Assembly (NCBI GenBank): GCA_046350555.1
Contig: JAXMAF010000009.1
Span: 9,900 to 73,899, forward strand
Length of the DNA stretch: 64,000 nucleotides
Direction: 5' to 3'
Origin: Phycisphaerales bacterium
Lineage (GTDB): Bacteria > Planctomycetota > Phycisphaerae > Phycisphaerales > SM1A02
In this document: one piece after another, positions 9,944-18,572 of the stretch
Layout of the letters: the number at the start of each line of letters is the position of its first letter
Position numbering within the stretch: position 1 is the stretch's first letter
Program-made: the position numbers and the translations under genes
The notes under the pieces: generated by a model
What the model was told of the DNA's origin: nothing
Database searches by the model: none
What the model saw: only the letters and a program-made list of their open reading frames with translations

Positions 9944-10978
9944 ATGAGAACGCGCGTTCCGGCATGCGTGGCGGTGGCGGCGATCGCCGCCTGCCTCGCG
10001 CTCTCCGCCTGCGTCGAGCGCAAGGAGAGGATCACCGTCCACGGCGACGGCACGATCGACCTGAGCGTGAGGCATTCGTCGACCGATGCCGAGGACCTGC
10101 TCCAGGGGGACGCCCTGCCCGACCTCGCCGCGGGGTGGGAGACGCAGCTTCGCGAGGAGCCCGAGGACGGCAAGACAAAGTACGTCTACGAGGCGACCGC
10201 CACGACGGTGCTCGGACAGGCGCTGCCGTCGCGCTATGGCATGCCGCGCGACGCGTTCGAGGCGCAGTTCCTCCAGTTTCCGACGACGATCACGATGGAG
10301 CGCCGCAAGGACGGGACGTGGTACCACTTCCGCCGCGTCTACGAGCCGCGCCGGTGGGGCGAGCTCAAGGCGCTCAGCGAGTCGCCCGAGGCCAAGCGAC
10401 TCCAGGAGGCGGGCGATCCCGGCGCCGAGCCCGACGCCGATCGCGTGGAGCAGTTCACGCGCGCCCTCGTCGATCTCCAGGCGGCGCGCCTGCTGCTCTT
10501 CGCCCGCGCCGCCCTGCTCGAGGTGGCGCCGCGCGTCCCGCAGGACGGTTGGCTGCGCGTGCGGGATTCCATGAAGCAGCTCGCGCAGGAGATCGACGCG
10601 CGGGCCGTCGTCGACGACCTCATGCACGCGACGCGCCTCGACGACGAGGGGAAGAAGGCCGCGGCGATCCAGAAGGCGCTCAAGCGCATCGAGGGCGCCG
10701 TCGCCGAGCGGCTTCAGCTCGCGGTGCGCACGGAGTGCGGATTCGGCGGCACCGAGCTGAGCGCCTTCACGCACGCGCTCGAGAAGCACCAGCGCGAAGG
10801 GGCGGTCACGGAGGATCTGGCGGACGACTCCTTCGAGATCGTCGTCGAGCTGCCCGGCGAGATCATGGGCAGCAACGCCGATTCGGCCGCCGGCGGGCGC
10901 GCGACGTGGCGCTTCAAGGGCGAGGATCTGATGGATCGCCCGCGCGAGCTGCTGGCGAGCTCGCGCGTCGGCGGATGA
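9944..10978 (+). CDS. Hypothetical lipoprotein (344 aa)
   Basis: It has a signal peptide with a lipobox (CLALSAC), starts 18 nt after the permease stop, and has non-repetitive composition. I recognise no family. Confidence 0.7.
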   Translation: MRTRVPACVAVAAIAACLALSACVERKERITVHGDGTIDLSVRHSSTDAEDLLQGDALPDLAAGWETQLREEPEDGKTKYVYEATATTVLGQALPSRYGMPRDAFEAQFLQFPTTITMERRKDGTWYHFRRVYEPRRWGELKALSESPEAKRLQEAGDPGAEPDADRVEQFTRALVDLQAARLLLFARAALLEVAPRVPQDGWLRVRDSMKQLAQEIDARAVVDDLMHATRLDDEGKKAAAIQKALKRIEGAVAERLQLAVRTECGFGGTELSAFTHALEKHQREGAVTEDLADDSFEIVVELPGEIMGSNADSAAGGRATWRFKGEDLMDRPRELLASSRVGG

Positions 10979-11089
10979 CCAGTCGTCGATGGCCGGGACG
11001 CGAACGGGGCTCGAAGGACCGGGCGCCAAGCCGTGGGGATTCCGACGCCGGCGACAGATCGACCGAGGACCGATCGCGTCGTCCGCGGC

Positions 11090-11806
11090 TCATGCGCCCT
11101 TGCCGCGCGGGGGCGTCGGCTGTGCGCCGAGGCCGCCTGCGCGGACGCGCGGCGCCCTGAAGCGGCGCAGCCATGATGCGTTGGCCCGCGGCGGCGGCCC
11201 ACCCTTCTTGCGAAAGGCGAGGAACCAGCGAAGCCCCGCCCCGACGCCGACGATGAGCACCACGACGCCGACGATCCCGAGCCAGCGCGTGGCGGTGTCC
11301 TCGGTGCCGATCCCCTTGGCGACGAGGACGCCGGCGGTCAACTGGAGCAGCGTCGTGCAGATCGTCACGACGCTCTCGGTCAGCAGGTACTTCCAGACCG
11401 GCATGTGCAGCATCCCGGCCATGATGATCGCAGGCGTGCGGCTTCCGGGAACGAAGCGCGCCGTCACGATGAACCACGCGCCGCGGCGCTCGATCTGGTG
11501 CTTGGCCTGGAGCAGCCGTCGCGGGTGCGCGAACCGCTTGAACCATCGCTTGTGCAGCAGCGGCGTTCCGTAGTGGCGGCTGATGAAGAACCAGATCGCG
11601 TCCGAGCAGAGCACGCCGACGTACGCGCACAGCCACGTCAGCAGGAACGGCATCTGCTCGGGATGGAAGACCGTCAGCATCCCCGCCGGGATGAGGATGA
11701 TCTCCTCGCCCAGCGGCAGCAGCAGCAGGAGGAGGACGGCCAGCGGGCCAATGTCCAGGATGCGCTGCGAAACGTCGCCGAGATGCTGGAGGATCAGGTC
11801 GTGCAC
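11090..11806 (-). CDS. DedA/VTT-family membrane protein
   Basis: It shows the typical DedA pattern: EEIILIPAG, YVGVLCSDAIWFFISRHYG, RGAWFIVTARFVPGSRTP. Confidence 0.85.
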   Translation of the reverse strand: MHDLILQHLGDVSQRILDIGPLAVLLLLLLPLGEEIILIPAGMLTVFHPEQMPFLLTWLCAYVGVLCSDAIWFFISRHYGTPLLHKRWFKRFAHPRRLLQAKHQIERRGAWFIVTARFVPGSRTPAIIMAGMLHMPVWKYLLTESVVTICTTLLQLTAGVLVAKGIGTEDTATRWLGIVGVVVLIVGVGAGLRWFLAFRKKGGPPPRANASWLRRFRAPRVRAGGLGAQPTPPRGKGA

Positions 11807-11970
11807 GAATGAACCGGTAGTCTATGCAGCGCCGCATGCGCGGCCGTCGCGCGACGAGGCCCGCTTCGGCCGCTTCGTGGCTGCGTCGCCGCACGCTCGC
11901 CTCGGCGCCGAGCGCTTCGACGACGCGCCCGACGCGACGTGAGAACCAAAGCCCGCCCGAGCCGACACCG

Positions 11971-13275
11971 ATGCGCTCCTCACGCGAACCACCACCGCGA
12001 ACGGCGCCCGCCGACCGGCCCGCGCCACCCCGGCGCGTGCTGGTGGCGCCGGACAAGTTCAAGGGCACGATGTCGGCGCAGACGGCCGCCGAGGCGCTCG
12101 CGCGGGCAATCGCCGGCACCGCGTTGGACGGCGCGCCGGTGGAGATCGACCTCGCTCCGATCGCCGACGGCGGCGAGGGTTCGCTCGAGGTGCTCGCGGG
12201 GCCGCTCCATCTCGAGCGCCGCGTCGCGCGCGTGCACGGGCCGCTGGGCGAAGCCGTGGACGCGGAATGGGGCCTCGACCCGTCGAGCGGCCTCGCCGTC
12301 GTCGAGCTCTCCCAGGCCGCGGGACTCTGGCGTGCGCCGCCCGATCGGCGCAATCCGACCGCGACGACGACGGTGGGCGCGGGCGAGCTGATCGCGATCG
12401 CCCGCGATGCCGGCGCCGTGCGCGTCCTCGTCGCGCTTGGGGGAAGCGCCACGTGCGACGCCGGCCTTGGACTCGCGGTGCAGCTCGGCGTGCGGTTCCT
12501 CGACGCCGCGGGCCGGACGCTGGCGGCGCCGCTCGCCGCCGACGACGGGCCGCAAGGCGCGCTGCGGCTGGCGCCGCGCGAGCTCGGGCCGCGCGTGGTG
12601 TCGGTCGAGGCGCCGCGCCTGCCGTTCGCCATCGAAGCGCTCTGCGACGTCGGGAATCCGCTCGTCGGCCCGCGCGGCGCGGCGATGGCCTTTGCGCCGC
12701 AGAAGGGCGCCACGCCCGATGACGTCGAGTTCCTCGAGCGCATGCTCGCCGGCCTCGCCCGCTGCCTCGTCGACGGCCGGGACGTGGCGCCGCTGGCGTC
12801 GGCGCGCGGCGCCGGGGCCGCGGGCGGCGTCGGGTTCGGACTCGCCGCGTGGTGCGACGCGGCGCTGCGCGACGGCGCCGCGACGATCTTCGAGCTCCTC
12901 GACCTTCCACGACGCGTGCGCAGCGCGGACCTGATCGTCACCGGCGAGGGAAGGCTCGACGCGACCTCGTTCGAGGGAAAGGCCGTGGGTCGCCTGGCCG
13001 CGCTGGCTGCGGCACCCGGCGCGGTGAAGACCGATGCGCGCGGCGCCCGGCCCGTCGTCGCCATCGTCGGATCGATCGATCCGCAGCTCGCTCGCGCGGC
13101 CCGCGCGGCGCTCGTGGGCCCGGGACGTCCGTTCGCCCAGCTCGTGTCGATCGAGGAGTCCGTCGGCCCCGAGCTCGCGTTCCGCGACCCTCCCGCCGCG
13201 CTCGAGGCCACCGTGCGCCGAGCACTCACCCACCCCTACCCTTCGCTCCCCCGAAACCCGATCCCCGATGACTGA
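11971..13275 (+). CDS. Glycerate kinase
   Basis: Motifs VLVAPDKFKGTMSA, PIADGGEGSLE, ITGEGRLDATSFEGK. The start is uncertain: ATG at 11971 or GTG at 12037, just before VLVAPDKFKG. Confidence 0.85.
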   Translation: MRSSREPPPRTAPADRPAPPRRVLVAPDKFKGTMSAQTAAEALARAIAGTALDGAPVEIDLAPIADGGEGSLEVLAGPLHLERRVARVHGPLGEAVDAEWGLDPSSGLAVVELSQAAGLWRAPPDRRNPTATTTVGAGELIAIARDAGAVRVLVALGGSATCDAGLGLAVQLGVRFLDAAGRTLAAPLAADDGPQGALRLAPRELGPRVVSVEAPRLPFAIEALCDVGNPLVGPRGAAMAFAPQKGATPDDVEFLERMLAGLARCLVDGRDVAPLASARGAGAAGGVGFGLAAWCDAALRDGAATIFELLDLPRRVRSADLIVTGEGRLDATSFEGKAVGRLAALAAAPGAVKTDARGARPVVAIVGSIDPQLARAARAALVGPGRPFAQLVSIEESVGPELAFRDPPAALEATVRRALTHPYPSLPRNPIPDD

Positions 13276-13345
13276 ACTCGGATCACTGAACTCAGATCGC
13301 CGTAATCACTGAACTCAGATCGCCGAACTCGAATCGCCGATCGCC
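13271..13345. repeat. Cluster of four GAACTC(R)GATCGCC-like motifs in the glycerate kinase/yceI-like intergenic region
   Basis: Read directly: gaactcggatcac, gaactcagatcgcc (twice, each within cactgaactcagatcgcc), gaactcgaatcgcc, then gatcgcc. Confidence 0.6.
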
Positions 13346-13386
13346 ACCCGTTCGTCCCCCCGCCCCCATTTCCCAACCCCGCCACC

Positions 13387-14112
13387 ATGCTGACCCTCGC
13401 CTCGTCGTTGCTTCTCTCCGCGACCGCCCTGCTCGCGCCGGCTCCACAGACGTCCACGCCACCGGCCACACCCCCGGCGCGCCCCGCGGCGCCGGCGGCC
13501 ACGGCGCCGGCGACGCCCCCAGCCTCGCCTCAGCCGACGGCCCCCGTTCCGGGCGAGCGCCTGACGTTCGACTTCAAGGATCCGAAGGGCGTCAACGGCT
13601 TCGTCTTCATGCTCGACTCGATCCTCGAACCGATCGTCGGCAGCGGGACCGGCCTCTCGGGAACGGTGGAGTTCGATCCGACGAACCCGCTCAGCGCCAC
13701 CGGCATGATCAAGGCCGAGGCGAAGGGGCTGAAGACCACGAACGAGCGGATGGCGTCCGTGCTCCAGGGCGCCGACTGGCTCGACGTGGCGACGTATCCG
13801 TCCATCGACGTGAAGCTCGTGAAGATCGCGAGCGCCGAGGCGGTCGCCGAGAACACCGTGCAGACGCAGGCGAACGTCGAGGTGACGATCAAGGGCAAGA
13901 CCGTTCCGATGATCGTGCCGGTGAAGGCGACGTTCCTTCCGGGCCGGCTTGGCGACCGCGTGATGGGCGCGAAGGGCGACCTCCTGGTGCTGCGATCGCA
14001 GTTCGCCGTGAAGCGAAGCGTCTTCGGCATCAAGCCGGACCAGGGCACCGACATCGTCGCCGACGACATCCAGATCATGGTCGCGGTCGTCGGCGTGCGC
14101 AAGACCGGTTGA
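13387..14112 (+). CDS. Secreted YceI-like domain protein
   Basis: It has a signal peptide, a Pro/Ala-rich linker, and then a YceI-like pattern (FDFKDPKGVN..., ADWLDVATYPSIDVKLVKI, LVLRSQFAVKRSVFGI). Confidence 0.8.
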   Translation: MLTLASSLLLSATALLAPAPQTSTPPATPPARPAAPAATAPATPPASPQPTAPVPGERLTFDFKDPKGVNGFVFMLDSILEPIVGSGTGLSGTVEFDPTNPLSATGMIKAEAKGLKTTNERMASVLQGADWLDVATYPSIDVKLVKIASAEAVAENTVQTQANVEVTIKGKTVPMIVPVKATFLPGRLGDRVMGAKGDLLVLRSQFAVKRSVFGIKPDQGTDIVADDIQIMVAVVGVRKTG

Positions 14113-14156
14113 TCCACCGCGGCGGCGCGCCCCGGCGCACGGGCATCGGACCGGCC

Positions 14157-14753
14157 TCAACGCTCGACGGTCGCCCGATGCGCGGCGACGGTCTTCACGA
14201 GCCGCGCGCCCACCGCCTCGACCGCGGCCGCCAGCTTCGCGTCCTTGAGCATGCCGTGGGCGTCGAACGCCTCGTGCGCGCGCGGGACGGCGACCATGAA
14301 GGGGGCGGGCAGCACCACCACCATGATGTCGGACAGCACGTCGCGCATGTGGCGCAGTCCGCGCAGGCCGCCGAGCCCGCCGGGCGAGGCGGAGACCAGC
14401 GCGGCGACCTTGCCGACGAAGGCGGCGAGTCCCGCCTCGTTCGGCGCGGCGCGGCTCACCCAGTCGATCGTGTTCTTCATGAGCGGGGCGATCGAGCTGT
14501 TGTACTCCGGGCATGCCAGCAGCAGCCCGTCGTGCTCCATGAAGACGGCCTTCAGCCGCCTGGCGTTCTCGGGGAGGCCGTTCGACGCCTCGTGGTCGCC
14601 GTGGTAGATCGGAAGCGGATAGTCGGCCAGCGAGAGCTCGGTCACCTCTCCTCCGGCGGCACGGGCGCCCTTCACGGCCGTCCTGAGCAGCATGGCGTTG
14701 AACGAGCCGGTGCGCAAGGAACCGGAGAAGGCGAGGATGCGTGGTGCGGACAT
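14157..14753 (-). CDS. NAD(P)H-dependent FMN reductase
   Basis: Motifs ILAFSGSLRTGSFN and LLLACPEYNSSIAPLMKNTIDW. The start is taken at the ATG at 14753, because the longer ORF would overlap the prfB start. Confidence 0.85.
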   Translation of the reverse strand: MSAPRILAFSGSLRTGSFNAMLLRTAVKGARAAGGEVTELSLADYPLPIYHGDHEASNGLPENARRLKAVFMEHDGLLLACPEYNSSIAPLMKNTIDWVSRAAPNEAGLAAFVGKVAALVSASPGGLGGLRGLRHMRDVLSDIMVVVLPAPFMVAVPRAHEAFDAHGMLKDAKLAAAVEAVGARLVKTVAAHRATVER

Positions 14754-14817
14754 GGCCGAAAGGTAGCCGCGATGGCGATGCGCCGCCGATCGCCGCGGAT
14801 TCCGTATACTCCGCACC

Positions 14818-15940
14818 ATGCACTTCGACTCGCACGTTGCCGTGATCGCAGACCTCGAGGCGCGGATCTCAACGATCCGCGACTCCCTTTAACTACGACA
14901 CCAAGATTCGCGAGCGCAGCGAATTGCAGGAGCAGATGAACTCCGCGGAGTTCTGGAGCAGCCCCCAGAAGGCCCAGCAGGTCATCGAGAAGTTCAAGCT
15001 GCTCAAGGCCCAGACCGAGCCGCTCGAGTCGGCGATGCGCGACTTCGACGACGCGAAGGTCGGCGTCGAGCTGGCGAAGGAATCGAACGACCGCGAGCTG
15101 CTCGCCGAGGCCGACCAGAAGCTCCACGATCTCGTCGGACGCATGGAGCAGGTGGAGCTCCAGACGCTTCTCTCGGGCAAGCACGACCATCGCAACTGCT
15201 TCGTCACGCTCCGCGCGAGCGACGGCGGCACCGAGGCCGAGGACTGGGCCGAGATGCTGGCACGCATGTACTTCCACTACTGGGAGGCGATGGGCTGGAA
15301 GGTCGAGGAGATCAGCCGTTCGCCGGGCGTCGAAGTGGGCATCTCCGAGGCCACGTATCACATCAAGGGCCCCTACGCCTTCGGCTACATGAGCTGCGAG
15401 CGCGGCACGCACCGGTTGGCGCGGGTGAGCCCGTTCAATGCGCAGGGCAAGCGGCAGACGAGCTTCGCGACCGTCGACGTGACACCGGAGTTCGAGGAGA
15501 CGAAGGTCGAGATTCCAGACAAGGACCTCGAGGTCACGCCGTTCGTGCGCGCCAGCGGCCCGGGCGGGCAGAACGTCAACAAGGTCGCCTCCGCCATCCG
15601 GCTCGTGCACATTCCCACCGGAATCATGGTCGTCGCCAGCACGTACCGCGATCAGCCGCAGAACCGCAAGCAGGCGATGTCGGTGCTGATGGCGAAGCTC
15701 GAGCAGATCGAGGAGGAGCGGCGCCAGCGCGAGCTTGACGCGGCCAGCGGCGGCCGGATGACCGTCGACAAGGAAGGCTGGGGGACGCAGATCCGCTCGT
15801 ACGTGATCTACGACAACCGCGTGAAGGACATCCGGACCGGCTACGAGGTGATGAACCCGACGTGGGTGCTCAACGGACACATCGAGGGCTTCATCGACGC
15901 CGAGCTGAAGCGGAAGAGGGCCGAGCGCGAGCGTCGATAG
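14818..15940 (+). CDS. prfB: Peptide chain release factor 2, requiring a programmed +1 frameshift (frame 0 14818-14889, frame +1 14891-15940)
   Basis: Frame 0 reads MHFDSHVAVIADLEARISTIRDSL, then TAA at 14890. The +1 frame continues NYDTKIRERSELQEQMNSAEFW, colinear with E. coli RF2 (LRGYL/DYDAKKERLEE). The SPF-region and GGQ motif (SGPGGQNVNKV) are present. Confidence 0.93.
14887..14893 (+). promoter_or_regulatory. RF2 +1 frameshift site CTT TAA C
   Basis: Read directly. It is the same architecture as the canonical CUU UGA C, but with UAA as the in-frame stop. There is no AGGGGG/GGAGG-like element in the 15 nt upstream (ACGATCCGCGACTCC). Confidence 0.85.
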
Positions 15941-16095
15941 CGCGAGCGCGGGGAGCGGAAGCGTCGCGAGGGGAATCAGGAAGCCGCCTTCGGCGGCGGA
16001 CTTGCGGGCCATTGGGCGCACGACGCGCGCGCACGTGGGACATCGACGCTGGTGTCGCATCCCTGCGTGGGCCCTCGTGGTCGGACGGAGTCCCC

Positions 16096-16137
16096 GACTC
16101 CTGATTCCTGATTCCTGACTCCTCATTCCTGACCTCC
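16096..16137. repeat. Six tandem heptamers (GAYTCCT-like)
   Basis: Read directly between prfB and ypfJ: gactcct gattcct gattcct gactcct cattcct gacctcc. Confidence 0.8.
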
Positions 16138-16174
16138 GCTCGCTCGCGGTACCATCGTCGCGGAGGTCTCCCCC

Positions 16175-17038
16175 ATGCGCTGGCAAGGCTCACGCCAAAG
16201 CACGAACGTCGAGGATCGTCGCCGCATGTCGCCGGGGTTGGCGGTCGGTGGCGGGCTCGGGACGCTGATCATCATCGTGCTTGCGCTGCTGCTCGGCGGC
16301 GATCCGCGGGCGCTGCTGAGCCAGCTCGGCAATGCGACGCAGAACACGCAGGTCGGCGGACAGGTCGGCGGCGGCGGTCCGGCCGATCCCGCCCAGGAGC
16401 AGATGAAGGAGTTCGTCGCGAGCGTGCTGGCGAGCACCGAGGATGTCTGGAGCGAACTCTTCCGCGCGCAGGGCAAGGCGTACCGCGACCCCACGCTCGT
16501 CCTCTTCACCAGCCGCGTGAACTCCGCCTGCGGCAACGCGACCGCTGCGGTCGGTCCGTTCTACTGCCCGGGCGACAGCAAGGTCTATCTCGACCTCGGA
16601 TTCTTCAGTGAGCTCGACCAGCGCTTCGGGGCGCCGGGCGACTTCGCGCAGGCGTATGTGGTCGCGCACGAGATCGGACACCATGTGCAGAACCTCCTCG
16701 GCATCAGCGACCAGGTCGACTCGATGCGCAGGCGGATGAGCGAGGCGGAGTTCAACAAGCTCTCCGTCCGGCTCGAGCTCCAGGCCGACTTCTTCGCCGG
16801 CGTCTGGGCGCACCACGCGCAGAAGGCGAGGAAGTGGCTCGAGCCGGGCGACCTCGAGGAGGCGCTCAACGCCGCGACCGCCATCGGCGACGACACGCTC
16901 CAGAGGCAGGGCCGGGGCTACGTGGTGCCCGATTCGTTCACGCACGGCTCGTCGGCACAGCGACTTCGCTGGTTCAAGAAGGGGTTCGACACGGGCGACA
17001 TGCGCGCAGGGGACACGTTCAGCGCGACGGAGCTGTGA
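16175..17038 (+). CDS. ypfJ: YpfJ-family putative neutral zinc metallopeptidase
   Basis: Motifs MRWQGSRQSTNVEDRR and GPFYCPGDSKVYLDLGFF, plus the HExxH motif in AHEIGHHVQN. GGAGG lies 8 nt upstream of the ATG. Confidence 0.88.
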   Translation: MRWQGSRQSTNVEDRRRMSPGLAVGGGLGTLIIIVLALLLGGDPRALLSQLGNATQNTQVGGQVGGGGPADPAQEQMKEFVASVLASTEDVWSELFRAQGKAYRDPTLVLFTSRVNSACGNATAAVGPFYCPGDSKVYLDLGFFSELDQRFGAPGDFAQAYVVAHEIGHHVQNLLGISDQVDSMRRRMSEAEFNKLSVRLELQADFFAGVWAHHAQKARKWLEPGDLEEALNAATAIGDDTLQRQGRGYVVPDSFTHGSSAQRLRWFKKGFDTGDMRAGDTFSATEL

Positions 17039-17384
17039 CACGACAGGGAATCTCCCTTGCCGAGCTCTGTCGCCGCGCGCTGGCCGGCGCGATCGCCTCG
17101 GAGCCGACCGACAAACCTTGGATGAAGCACGCCGGGATGTTCGAGGGGCGGCCCGACGACAGCACCTCGGTCGATGAGGTGGTCTACGGGCGCGAGCGGC
17201 CATTACCCTCCGGACCAGCCGGACCAGCCCGACCGGCCCCGTCTTTCTCGACAGCGGCATCCTGATCGCCTTCCGGGAGCGGCGCGACCAATGGCACGCC
17301 CACGCCGTGGCGCTCTTCGGAACGGGGCGGAGCCGCTGGCGCACCTCGTGCCTGGTGATCGCCGAGACCTACACGCGGGCATGA
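17035..17384 (+). pseudogene. Possible remnant of a vapBC-type toxin-antitoxin pair (antitoxin-like fragment 17035-17265, PIN N-terminal fragment 17241-17384)
   Basis: The GTG at 17035 overlaps the ypfJ stop and gives TRQGISLAELCRRALAGAI...KPWMKHAGMFEG...VDEVVYGR, which resembles the helix-2/C-terminal part of an RHH-type antitoxin. A third frame reads VFLDSGILIAFRERRDQWHAHAVALFG...TSCLVIAETY, which resembles a PIN N-terminus with the first acidic residue. That frame lacks a start codon and stops after 47 codons. Three 9-bp repeats (17211-17237) lie between the two fragments. Confidence 0.35.
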
Positions 17385-17387
17385 GCC

Positions 17388-18479
17388 TCACCTCCGCGGA
17401 GTCCTCGACTGCTTCTGCTCGCGCGAGCGGCGCGGTCCGAACGGCCCCTTGGCGCCGTGCGTGCCGGGCGCCGGCTTCGGCGGGCCATCGAACGGCCCTG
17501 CGTCGCGGCGCGGACGATCGCCGCGCGGTGGACGGTCGTCGCGCGGTGGGCGACCATCGCGCGGCGGGCGACCATCGCGCGGCGGGCCGTCCCGGCGCTC
17601 GCCATCGCGCGCTGCGCGGTCGTCGCGGCGCGGTCCGAACCGTCGCGCGCCGCCGGAACCTCGGCCCGATCGCTCCGCATCGCCGCGTCCCTGCGCGCCC
17701 ACCCGGTCGCGCCCGTCGCGGTGGCCTGTCGCGCGCCGCGCCTCCTTCGGCTTCCGCATCACGAAGAGGTAGTTGAACCCGCGCAGGAAGAAGTTCTCCT
17801 CCTCGGCGGCCTTGTGGAAGTTGCCCTGGTCGAGCTTGCGGTTTCGGCGCATGACGCAGACGACGTCGACGGGCGCGAAGGCGCGGCGCAACCGGCGGAA
17901 GAGCTCGAAGCCGATGGGCATGAACGTTCCGCGCGGCGACCGGCCGAAGTGGCCGCTGCCCTTGCGGAACGAGTCGGAGACATAGAGCGCCATGCAGCGG
18001 TCGGGGCGCAGGACCCGGTCGACCTCGGCGATGACGCGCTCCATCGCCGAGTAGTACGCCTCGCCCTTGTCCTCGCCCCCCGCATCGAGCCGGCCGATGC
18101 AGTCGGGGTGATCGGAGTACGAGACGTGCGTCGAATAGGGCGGGTCGATGAAGACGAAGTCCGCGCTGGCGTCGTCGAGGGGAAGCCGGCGCGCATCGGC
18201 CTGGACGATCTCCGGCCGCGTCGGCGCCAGGTCGAACGCGGCGCAGCGGCGACCCAGGTCGCGCGCGACGTCGATGGTCGTCCCGCTGCCACACATGGGA
18301 TCGACGACCAGGTCGTTGGGATGGGTGTAGCGCTGGAGCAGTTGCCAGACGACCCACGAGGGCGTGGCGCCGACGTAGTCACGGTCACCCTGCTCCGGGT
18401 TGCCGCTCGCCGAGACGTAGTGCTGGCTTGGATATTCCCAGAGCGTCGTCGTGGCGATGCGGAGCGGAGGCTTGGGCAC
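17388..18479 (-). CDS. N6-adenine/N4-cytosine-type DNA methyltransferase with an Arg/Asp/Gly/Pro-rich C-terminal tail
   Basis: Motif I (VVDPMCGSGTT) is followed ~50 aa later by motif IV (FIDPPYS). The last ~110 aa are low complexity with tandem GRPPRD units. No restriction endonuclease gene is adjacent. Confidence 0.85.
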   Translation of the reverse strand: MPKPPLRIATTTLWEYPSQHYVSASGNPEQGDRDYVGATPSWVVWQLLQRYTHPNDLVVDPMCGSGTTIDVARDLGRRCAAFDLAPTRPEIVQADARRLPLDDASADFVFIDPPYSTHVSYSDHPDCIGRLDAGGEDKGEAYYSAMERVIAEVDRVLRPDRCMALYVSDSFRKGSGHFGRSPRGTFMPIGFELFRRLRRAFAPVDVVCVMRRNRKLDQGNFHKAAEEENFFLRGFNYLFVMRKPKEARRATGHRDGRDRVGAQGRGDAERSGRGSGGARRFGPRRDDRAARDGERRDGPPRDGRPPRDGRPPRDDRPPRGDRPRRDAGPFDGPPKPAPGTHGAKGPFGPRRSREQKQSRTPRR

Positions 18480-18572
18480 CAGCGAGCGTAGGAACGTGCG
18501 TTCGCGCGACGAAGCGGACGGGCGGCGGCGGACCGAGACTGGGTGCGGCGCAAGCGTCGACCGGGACGCGCG

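Noticed and set aside
17174-17776. A plus-strand 200-aa ORF, and others, mirroring the methyltransferase tail.
   Set aside because: It is the antisense reading of the GRPPRD tandem repeats, is pure low complexity, and overlaps a gene with clear catalytic motifs.
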